Assembly: GCA_023390655.1 (NCBI GenBank)
Contig: JAEWCL010000004.1
Location: forward strand, 92,087-156,086
DNA: 64,000 nucleotides
Reading direction: 5' to 3'
From: Bacillota bacterium
GTDB taxonomy: Bacteria; Bacillota; Clostridia; Christensenellales; CAG-138
The translations under genes and the position numbers were made by a program. Positions 57,445 to 64,000 of this stretch are shown here, in pieces. Position 1 is the stretch's first letter. Each line of letters opens with the position of its first letter. Under the pieces are notes generated by a model. That model saw nothing but the letters and a program-made list of their open reading frames with translations. It was not told the DNA's origin and made no database searches.

Positions 57445-58143
57445 ATGACAGAAAAAAAGCAGAAGATCAAAATCATCAAGGACGGGCCGTACCTTGTGAC
57501 CGGCGGCGTGCCGCTGAGTGAAAAGATCATCCACGCCGTCGGTAAAAATTATATTTATGAGGATGGCCGCGAGCTGCCGCAGATGGAAACCTATACCCTG
57601 TGCCGCTGCGGAAAAACGAAAACCCCGCCGTTTTGCGACGGCGCGCACAAGGACTGCGCGTTCCATGGCGAAGAAACTGCGGGAAAAGAACCGTTTCAAG
57701 CCCGCGTCAAAGTATACGACGGCCCTACGCTCACCATGCTTGACGATGGGCGCTGCGCGTTTGCGCGCTTCTGCCACACCGACCAGGGGGACGCCTGGGA
57801 GCTTGTAGAGCGTTCGGACAACCCTTCGTGCCGGGAACTCGCCATCAAGGCCGCTACGGAATGCCCCGCGGGACGCTTGGATATCATCGATAAGCAGACC
57901 GGAGAAACCATAGAACCCGAGTATACGCCCGCCATTGAAGTGTTGCAGGACCCGGGCCGCAGTGTCAGCTGCGGGCTGTTTGTCAAAGGCGGCATCCCTA
58001 TTGAGGGCGCTGACGGCGAACCCTATGAACTCCGCAACCGGGTGGTGCTTTGCCGCTGCGGGCACTCAAAAAACAAGCCGTTTTGCGATTCACTTCATGT
58101 CATACGGGGATATCTGGACCGGAAAAAGCGTTGGTTTGAGTGA
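57445..58143 (+). CDS. CDGSH iron-sulfur domain protein (two CDGSH motifs flanking a four-Cys segment)
   Basis: CRCGKTKTPPFCDGAH fits C-X-C-X2-(S/T)-X3-P-X-C-D-G-(S/A/T)-H exactly. The second motif is CRCGHSKNKPFCDSLH. The middle has CAFARFC...SC...ECPAGRL. Confidence 0.85.
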   Translation: MTEKKQKIKIIKDGPYLVTGGVPLSEKIIHAVGKNYIYEDGRELPQMETYTLCRCGKTKTPPFCDGAHKDCAFHGEETAGKEPFQARVKVYDGPTLTMLDDGRCAFARFCHTDQGDAWELVERSDNPSCRELAIKAATECPAGRLDIIDKQTGETIEPEYTPAIEVLQDPGRSVSCGLFVKGGIPIEGADGEPYELRNRVVLCRCGHSKNKPFCDSLHVIRGYLDRKKRWFE

Positions 58144-58190
58144 CAACGGGCTGGCAAAGGCCGGCTCTTTCTATTTTTCTATATAACAAC

Positions 58191-60059
58191 TCAGTACTCC
58201 CGCTTCTTCCATTTGAGCAGCGTTGCCGAATGCAAAATGACCGCAACCGAGCCTGCATTGTGCAAAAGTGCGCCCATTACCGGCCCAACGATGCCAAACA
58301 TGGCGAGCAGTATGGAAGCGAAATTGAGCGTCATGGATAGCAGCAAATTAGCCCGGATGACACGCATTGTTTTTTGCGCAAGCAAAAATAGATGCGGCAA
58401 CGCCCGGATATCGTCACGCACCAGCACGATATCCGCCGCGTCGATGGCGATATCGCTGCCAATTCCGCCCATCGCAATGCCCACATGGGCCGACTTGAGC
58501 GCGGGCGCGTCGTTGATGCCATCGCCAATCATTAAGACCGGCTCCCCGCTTCGCTGCAGCACCTGTATCGCAAGGAGTTTGTCTTCGGGCTCCAGGCCCG
58601 CGCGCACCTCTTTTACGCCCGCCAGCGCCGCCATATGCAGCGCTGCCTGCGGGATATCCCCCGTCAGCAGCAGGCTTTTTACGCCAATCTCCCGCAACGC
58701 CTTTACGGTATCCTCCGCATCCGGACGGATGGTATCCGAAAGCGCGATCATCCCGATCAGCCGCTCTTCCCTTGTTACATAAATAGTCGTACAGCCCTGC
58801 GCCTTATAGCCCGCCGCAAGCTGCCTGACGGTTCCCGGAAGCGCTGTTCCCGTTTGCTCCATAGCCAGTTTTTCATTGCCTGCGGATATGACGCTTCCAT
58901 CCACCCTCGCCCGCACCCCGCGCCCGGGCAACAGGGAAAAGCCCATAGGCTGCAGCGCTTTTGTGTCATTCATCTGATACTGCGCCACGATTGCGCGGCC
59001 CAGCGGATGTTCCGCACGCAGTTCCGCGGCGGCTGCAGCATAGAGCACCGTCTCCTCTGTTTCCCCCTGTGCAAAAGCTGCAACATGCACAACTGCGGGT
59101 CTTCCATAGGTAAGCGTGCCCGTCTTATCAAACGCCGCCTTTTTTATCTGGGCGAGCCGCTCCAGCGCGTCCCCCTGGCGGACAAGCGCGCCAACGCGGG
59201 CGGCGTTGCCGATGCCCGCCATAATGGCCGTAGGCGTGGCCAGCACAAGCGCGCATGGACAGAACACAACGAGGATCGTGACGGCGCGGATCGCCTCCTG
59301 CGTTGCGATCCAGGTCGCAGCGGCGCTGAGAAGTGCGATGATGACGATCCATGTGGCCCACCGGTCCGCAATACCGACGATTTTTGCTTTTCCCGCATCG
59401 GCGGACTCCACAAGGCGGATCATGCGCTGCAAAGAGCTGTCCTCCCCGACTTTTTGCGCCTGCATGGTAAAGGAGCCAAAGCGGTTGACCGTGCCGCTTT
59501 TGACCAAATCGCCCGGCGATTTATCAACAGGAAGGGATTCGCCTGTCATCACGGACTGATCCACCGTTGTTTCCCCCGCTACAATTACGCCGTCCGCCGG
59601 TATGGTCTCGCCTGCGTGAACGCAAAGTGCATCTCCCACCTGCACCTGCTCGGCAGGAATGATGTGTTCCTGCCCCTCCCGTATCACGCGCGCGGTGCGC
59701 GGGGTCAGCCGCACCAGCTTTTCAATGCCTGCGCGCGCTTTTTTCACCGTATGTTCTTCAAGCATAGCGCCAACCGCCATAATAAACGCGACCTCGCCCG
59801 CCGCAAATACTTCTCCAACCACAACAGAAGCAATCAGCGCGAGGGACACCAGCACATCCGCCTTGATGTCAAAGCGCGTAAACAGCCCCTGCCCCGCATT
59901 GATTAAAATCGGAATCCCGCACAAAACCACCGCAATCCAGGCGGGGTCGATTGCCCACGCTTTCAAAAAGAAACTCAATACCAGCGAAATGCCCGAAAGC
60001 ATTAAAAACACAACGCTCCGCTTTTCCTCATCCCGCATAACTTTGACAATCCCCCGCAT
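58191..60059 (-). CDS. P1B-type heavy-metal ATPase without N-terminal metal-binding domain, atypical TM7/TM8
   Basis: FDKTGTLT, GDGINDAP, TM6 FCPCAL. TM7 SMTLNFASILLAMFG and TM8 LLHNAGSVAVILHS. ATG at 60059 (MRGIVKV) follows GGGGAGGGTG. The listed ORF start at 60077 would abut the operator. Confidence 0.9.
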   Translation of the reverse strand: MRGIVKVMRDEEKRSVVFLMLSGISLVLSFFLKAWAIDPAWIAVVLCGIPILINAGQGLFTRFDIKADVLVSLALIASVVVGEVFAAGEVAFIMAVGAMLEEHTVKKARAGIEKLVRLTPRTARVIREGQEHIIPAEQVQVGDALCVHAGETIPADGVIVAGETTVDQSVMTGESLPVDKSPGDLVKSGTVNRFGSFTMQAQKVGEDSSLQRMIRLVESADAGKAKIVGIADRWATWIVIIALLSAAATWIATQEAIRAVTILVVFCPCALVLATPTAIMAGIGNAARVGALVRQGDALERLAQIKKAAFDKTGTLTYGRPAVVHVAAFAQGETEETVLYAAAAAELRAEHPLGRAIVAQYQMNDTKALQPMGFSLLPGRGVRARVDGSVISAGNEKLAMEQTGTALPGTVRQLAAGYKAQGCTTIYVTREERLIGMIALSDTIRPDAEDTVKALREIGVKSLLLTGDIPQAALHMAALAGVKEVRAGLEPEDKLLAIQVLQRSGEPVLMIGDGINDAPALKSAHVGIAMGGIGSDIAIDAADIVLVRDDIRALPHLFLLAQKTMRVIRANLLLSMTLNFASILLAMFGIVGPVMGALLHNAGSVAVILHSATLLKWKKREY

Positions 60060-60078
60060 ATACACCCTCCCCGGCATT

Positions 60079-60107
60079 ATACCTATACCCCCTATGGGTA
60101 TAGGTAT
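60079..60107. promoter_or_regulatory. CsoR-type operator (perfect 12-5-12 inverted repeat)
   Basis: ATACCTATACCC-CCTAT-GGGTATAGGTAT. The core TATACCC...GGGTATA resembles published CsoR boxes. It sits immediately downstream of the candidate -10. Confidence 0.65.
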
Positions 60108-60136
60108 ATTTTCTATGCGCCAGCGCTTTCTGTCAA
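60108..60136 (-). promoter_or_regulatory. candidate sigma-A promoter of the ATPase gene
   Basis: Minus strand TTGACA (60136-60131), 17 bp, GAAAAT (60113-60108). Confidence 0.45.
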
Positions 60137-60169
60137 CAAAAAAACAGCAGCCGCCTGTTAGGCAGCTGC
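60137..60169 (-). terminator. terminator after csoR
   Basis: Minus strand GCAGCTGCC-taaca-GGCGGCTGC (one mismatch) followed by TGTTTTTTTG. Confidence 0.6.
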
Positions 60170-60261
60170 AACTTCTGCTTCATGAAAATCATCATGCTTT
60201 CAGGGGTATTCTGATGTAAAATAGAAAAAACGGACGTGAACGTCCCGCGAATAAGGCGCTT

Positions 60262-60558
60262 CTACAACCGCGAGAAATGTTCCACCGCCTTTGCAAAATC
60301 GGCAATCGTTTTTTCGGCGTCCCCATGCTCAATGCCGTCGCGCACGCAATGGTTCAAATGCCCTTCGAGCACAATCTGCCCCACCTTGTGGAGTGCTGAT
60401 TTTGCGGCATTGATCTGGATGAGCACATCCTCGCAGGGAACATCGTCCTCCACCATTTTATCGATCGCATTGATCTGCCCTGCAATCTTCTTGAGCCTGC
60501 GGTGCAGGTTTTCATGATCCATGCATTGTCTCATATGGGTTGCCCTCCTTTTCGCCAC
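60262..60558 (-). CDS. csoR: CsoR family metal-sensing repressor (x-C-H-C fingerprint)
   Basis: LHRRLKKIAGQINAIDKMVEDDVPCEDVLIQINAAKSALHKVGQIVLEGHLNHCV. Cys, His at +25 and Cys at +29, the same spacing as in Cu(I)-sensing CsoR. Confidence 0.85.
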   Translation of the reverse strand: MAKRRATHMRQCMDHENLHRRLKKIAGQINAIDKMVEDDVPCEDVLIQINAAKSALHKVGQIVLEGHLNHCVRDGIEHGDAEKTIADFAKAVEHFSRL

Positions 60559-60697
60559 GGGAATATGGATGTATGTAGTATGCTGTTTTCCCGCGTCATT
60601 GTCAACAGATTGCCATAGTTGCGGCGTTTCATCCTGTTGCTTTCCGGTTTATTGTTACGGTAATACTGAAAACTCCAAATGGAAGGGAGCGACTGCT

Positions 60698-61039
60698 ATG
60701 AAAAAACGATGGATCACAATCAGCCTTCTCCTTGTCGCCATAGTGTTTGCCTTCGGCTGTGCGGCCACGCAGACACCCAATGCATCCGCAACGGAGACCC
60801 CCGGCCTTGTACTTACGCTCGAAGAACTGAAGCAATACAACGGCAAAGACGGGCAGCCGGCCTATGTTGCGGTGGATGGCGTGATTTATGATTTCTCCGG
60901 CCTTGCGGCATGGAAAGACGGTGAACATAACGGCTACAGTGCCGGCAATGATCTGACGGAAGTCATTAAAACCAAATCCCCCCACGGCGTTTCCAAGCTC
61001 AAAGGCGTGCCGGTTGTCGGCAAGCTTGCACAAGAGTAG
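60698..61039 (+). CDS. cytochrome b5-like heme/steroid-binding domain lipoprotein
   Basis: MKKRWITISLLLVAIVFAFGCA (lipobox FGC). LTLEELKQYNGKDGQPAYVAVDGVIYDFS...GEHNGYSAGNDLT...SPHG follows the cyt-b5 fold pattern. ATG at 60698 follows GGAAGGGAG. Confidence 0.75.
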   Translation: MKKRWITISLLLVAIVFAFGCAATQTPNASATETPGLVLTLEELKQYNGKDGQPAYVAVDGVIYDFSGLAAWKDGEHNGYSAGNDLTEVIKTKSPHGVSKLKGVPVVGKLAQE

Positions 61040-61080
61040 GGCCTGTACTTTCCTAATACAATGTAAGAAGAGGTGAACGT

Positions 61081-61467
61081 ATGTATCAGGTGCTGGGGTA
61101 TCTCAACATTGCGCTTCTCGTGGTCATCACTGCGCCGTATTGGCTCAAAAAGCTCAATCTCTGGCTGTTCCATTGGAAGGGAAAGGGCTTTCAGGCCACA
61201 TTGAAGTTCTTACGCAAGCTGCACAAACCGTTAGGCCTTGCGCTTGTGCTTCTTGCCATCCTGCACGGTTATCTCGCGCTGGGTACATTGCGGTTGCATA
61301 CCGGCAGCCTTGCGTGGATCATACTGCTGGTGACCGTAGCGTTGGGCGGGGCCTTCTACCGCCTCAAAAAAGCGCCGTTGTTCAAATGGCACAAGGCGTT
61401 TGCGCTGCTCGTTGTCCTCTTTACCGCAATTCACCTATTGGTTCCCGGTCTGCTCTCCGCCTTCTAA
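61081..61467 (+). CDS. small 4-TM membrane protein with six histidines (DUF4405/cytochrome-b-like?)
   Basis: TMs: LGYLNIALLVVITAPYWL, LGLALVLLAILHGYLAL, LAWIILLVTVALGGAFY, AFALLVVLFTAIHLLVPGLL. His inside TM2 and TM4 and at the helix ends. 41 nt after the cyt-b5-like gene. Confidence 0.6.
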   Translation: MYQVLGYLNIALLVVITAPYWLKKLNLWLFHWKGKGFQATLKFLRKLHKPLGLALVLLAILHGYLALGTLRLHTGSLAWIILLVTVALGGAFYRLKKAPLFKWHKAFALLVVLFTAIHLLVPGLLSAF

Positions 61468-61468
61468 A

Positions 61469-62524
61469 TCAGAAGGGGTAGTGGATCTGCTCCTTGTCTT
61501 CGATACAATAGCCGTCCTCTTCAAACAGCGCAATGCAAGCTGCCGTGACCTCAGGGTCATACAGCTTGCCTGCGTTGTTTTTGATTTCCTGCAGGGCGCA
61601 CCGCAACCCAAGCTGCGGCCGGTACGGCCGGTGGGACATCATGGCCTCCACCACATCCGCTACAATGATGACATGGGCTTCCGGCAAGATTTCATGCCGC
61701 AGGCGGCCGCGCGGATAGCCGGAGCCATCGCAACGCTCATGATGCTGATAGATGACCTCCGCGAAAATAGGTGGCAGCTCCACGCGCGAAATCAGTTCAT
61801 ACCCGCGCACGGAATGCTCCCGGATCAACGCCATTTCCATATCCGTGAGCTTTCCGGGCTTGCACAGGATTTCGCCCGGCACCATGATTTTTCCGATATC
61901 ATGGAGGTAGCCGCAGATGCGTACAGCTTCCGCGACGGCGCGCTTCATCCCCATACGGTGTGCAATGGCCGCCGCAAGGTTTCCCACCCGGCGCTGGTGC
62001 CCTGCCGTATACGGATCGCGCACCTCGGTAACGGTCGCAAGCAGGGAGATGATGCTCTGCATCGCATTGGAAAGCGCCTGTGTCTTTGCCTCCACCTTTT
62101 GTTCAAGTTCCAGCTGGTAAAGCTGCGCCCGGTGTTCCAATGCCTTTTTTTCGTCCCGCAGGCGCTTGATCTCATCCGCGCGGCCAACGGCCCTTGTCAG
62201 TTCAAACTTGCTGACAGGCTTGATGAGATAATCGTTTGCCCCAGCCTGCACAGCGGTGATTGCCGTATCTACCGTAGGCTCTCCTGTCATGACAATGACC
62301 TGCGTATCCTCGGACTTCATGCGGATCTTCGTCATAAGCTCGATACCGGTCATACGCGGCATGATAATATCCGTGATGACAATATCGTAAGCATTCGCGC
62401 TCAATATCTCGCACGCGGTGACTGCATCGGGCGCAGTATCCACTTCATATCCCGCATTGCGCAAGAAAGCGCTTAAGGTAATTCGGATGCTGTTTTCATC
62501 GTCCACAATCAATACTCTGCTCAT
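61469..62524 (-). CDS. response regulator with HD-GYP (c-di-GMP phosphodiesterase-type) output domain
   Basis: REC domain (VLIVDDE...DIIMPRMTG...K), coiled linker, HD-GYP motifs HDIGKIMVP and HHERCDGSGYP. Confidence 0.9.
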   Translation of the reverse strand: MSRVLIVDDENSIRITLSAFLRNAGYEVDTAPDAVTACEILSANAYDIVITDIIMPRMTGIELMTKIRMKSEDTQVIVMTGEPTVDTAITAVQAGANDYLIKPVSKFELTRAVGRADEIKRLRDEKKALEHRAQLYQLELEQKVEAKTQALSNAMQSIISLLATVTEVRDPYTAGHQRRVGNLAAAIAHRMGMKRAVAEAVRICGYLHDIGKIMVPGEILCKPGKLTDMEMALIREHSVRGYELISRVELPPIFAEVIYQHHERCDGSGYPRGRLRHEILPEAHVIIVADVVEAMMSHRPYRPQLGLRCALQEIKNNAGKLYDPEVTAACIALFEEDGYCIEDKEQIHYPF

Positions 62525-62543
62525 GGAATGTTCTCCCGGTCAG

Positions 62544-64000
62544 CTATTTTAGTTCCCATCCATTGTCTACAGGCAAAATCACATGGAAGCGGCTAAATTT
62601 TCCCTCTTCAGTTTCTATTTCGAACTTTCCGTGATGATCTTTAATAATTCCGTGGCTGATTGATAGCCCAAGCCCCGTTCCGAGCTCCTTTGGTTTTGTA
62701 GAAAAGAACGGCTCAAATATTTTTTCCCGTGCGGAAGCTGGAATTCCGGTCCCGTGATCCTCTACGCTAAGGCGCACCCACCTGCGTCCCGCTTCAAAAA
62801 AGTGTACGCACCGCATGCGGATGATTTTATCCGCATCATATTCCGGATACTTTTCATTGAGGGCGTCGCGCGCGTTTGTTAAAAGATTCATCAATACCTG
62901 CTGGATCTGCTGGCTGCGGCATTTAATATCCGGCATGTTTTCCTCCAGTTGTACATCCAGCGTGATCTGATCCCGTTTGATGACCGTTTTGACCAGCGAC
63001 ATGGTCTGGTTGATAATATCGTATACGCTTGCATAACTGTGGGACTGCTTTTCCTGGCGGGAAAATTGCAGCAGGTTCCTTACAATTTCAGAGATGCGCC
63101 TTGTTTCGTTGAGGATTTCCTGGCTGTACTGGGCAATATCCCGGCTCTCCCCCGCGTCATCTAGAATCAGCTGCGCATAATTCATAATGCCGTTAAGCGG
63201 ATTGTTGATTTCATGGGCAACGCCGCCCGCGAGGGTGCCAATCGCCTCAAGCTTCTGCTGCTGTCGCATCTGCGCATCCATTTCGGCTTTTTTGTATTCG
63301 AGCTCCTTGCGTTCCGTAATATCCCTTACAAACACAATGGCGCTGCGGTTGCCGTCTATTTCAACGGGAACGGATTTTACTTCCACTGCAACCTCGCTGC
63401 CGTCCATACGCAAATAAATCTCTTCAAGCGGGGGAGCCCCCTTCCCTTGCTCATTGAGGATGCGAATGCGCTCTTGCACGATATCGCGATACTCTTCCTT
63501 GATCCGCTCAATCACGTGCGTGCCAACCAATTCTTCCTGTACGCTTGCACCGATCAACTGCAGCATTGTCTGGTTGGCATACTGAAACTTCCCGTCTGCT
63601 TGAATAAATACGGCGTCCGGCGCGCCTTCAAGCAGCATCCGCTGCCGGGTTTCGCTTGCCTTGAGCGCATCCATGGCGATGACTCTCTGGGTAATATCAT
63701 GAACGATCGCATAGATGAGCGAATCATGCTCATACCGGATGACTCCCGCGTATACCTCCACATCCACAATTTCGCCCGTCGCCTTTTTGCTTTTTGTTTC
63801 AAAATGGGCGGTTTGGCCTGCATAAACCCCGGCGTTGAAAATGCGGAATTGCTCCGTAATTTCAGGAAACAAGTCTTGATATCCAAACGTCTGCATGACT
63901 TCACGCGGATATGCGTAAAACCTGCACGCAGCTTCATTCGCATTCAGAAGTTTCCCTTGCTGGGGCTTTAACAGCAGGACCACCGCATGGTTGTCCTCAT
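62544..64000 (-). CDS. PAS-domain sensor histidine kinase (5' end outside window)
   Basis: H-box GGVAHEINNPLNGI, N box LLTNARDAL, G boxes DHGTGI / GTGLGLS, two PAS-like modules. The frame stays open to nt 64000. Confidence 0.9.
   Translation of the reverse strand, partial: EDNHAVVLLLKPQQGKLLNANEAACRFYAYPREVMQTFGYQDLFPEITEQFRIFNAGVYAGQTAHFETKSKKATGEIVDVEVYAGVIRYEHDSLIYAIVHDITQRVIAMDALKASETRQRMLLEGAPDAVFIQADGKFQYANQTMLQLIGASVQEELVGTHVIERIKEEYRDIVQERIRILNEQGKGAPPLEEIYLRMDGSEVAVEVKSVPVEIDGNRSAIVFVRDITERKELEYKKAEMDAQMRQQQKLEAIGTLAGGVAHEINNPLNGIMNYAQLILDDAGESRDIAQYSQEILNETRRISEIVRNLLQFSRQEKQSHSYASVYDIINQTMSLVKTVIKRDQITLDVQLEENMPDIKCRSQQIQQVLMNLLTNARDALNEKYPEYDADKIIRMRCVHFFEAGRRWVRLSVEDHGTGIPASAREKIFEPFFSTKPKELGTGLGLSISHGIIKDHHGKFEIETEEGKFSRFHVILPVDNGWELK

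Noticed and set aside
58635-59906. 423-aa ORF antisense to the CsoR-controlled ATPase, and similarly 61400..62476 opposite the HD-GYP regulator, 57190..58065 opposite the CDGSH gene, and 56004..56810 opposite the ADH
   Set aside because: All are embedded antisense in genes with diagnostic motifs. They are Arg/His/Gly-rich nonsense sequences without start-site signals.

Overview
High-GC (hand-counted lines about 60-67% G+C) Firmicutes/Clostridia-type chromosome segment, almost entirely core housekeeping genes, mostly on the minus strand. The taxon guess is inference from sporulation genes ytfI/ytfJ/dacB and the yceD-rpmF-plsX-acpP-rnc-smc-ftsY gene order. Main blocks: amidohydrolase-alr-nnr-NUDIX; rsmD-coaD; the ftsY-to-yceD cluster; pgsA; a biotin-dependent carboxyltransferase/decarboxylase operon; rluB-dacB-ytfJ-ytfI-PBP-FtsW/RodA-FHA; ArsR/SmtB + Zn/Cd-type P1B ATPase; rluD-lspA; an orphan peptide SBP; SLT-coaE-polA-pdp; pirin; prs; PHP-thioesterase; ftsH-hpt-tilS; feoA-feoA-feoB-Cys-rich peptide-DtxR-like regulator; eno; an ECF sigma/anti-sigma pair; a small accessory patch (low-GC P-loop kinase, YozG-HTH + DUF2975); Fe-ADH; a CDGSH Fe-S protein; CsoR + atypical P1B ATPase; a cytochrome-b5-like lipoprotein + 4-TM His protein; and an HD-GYP response regulator + PAS histidine kinase running off the 3' edge. 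I found no rRNA/tRNA, CRISPR array, transposase, integrase, prophage or recognisable defence island, and no convincing multi-gene 'new system'. The most unusual items are: (1) four GTTAG-N6-CTAAC palindromes (DtxR half-sites with an expanded spacer) around the feo promoter, plus a histidine-free, Cys-rich DtxR-fold regulator; (2) an anchor-less protein made of three tandem OadG-C-terminal-like modules, heading a carboxylase operon that has no membrane beta subunit in this window; (3) a canonical Cu-type CsoR with a perfect operator, controlling a P1B ATPase that lacks Cu(I) transmembrane signatures; (4) a cytochrome-b5-like lipoprotein paired with a His-rich 4-TM protein. Two low-GC single-gene insertions, one multiply frameshifted pseudogene and several perfect palindromic operators are also reported. 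All product calls rest on motifs read by eye; no database search was run.
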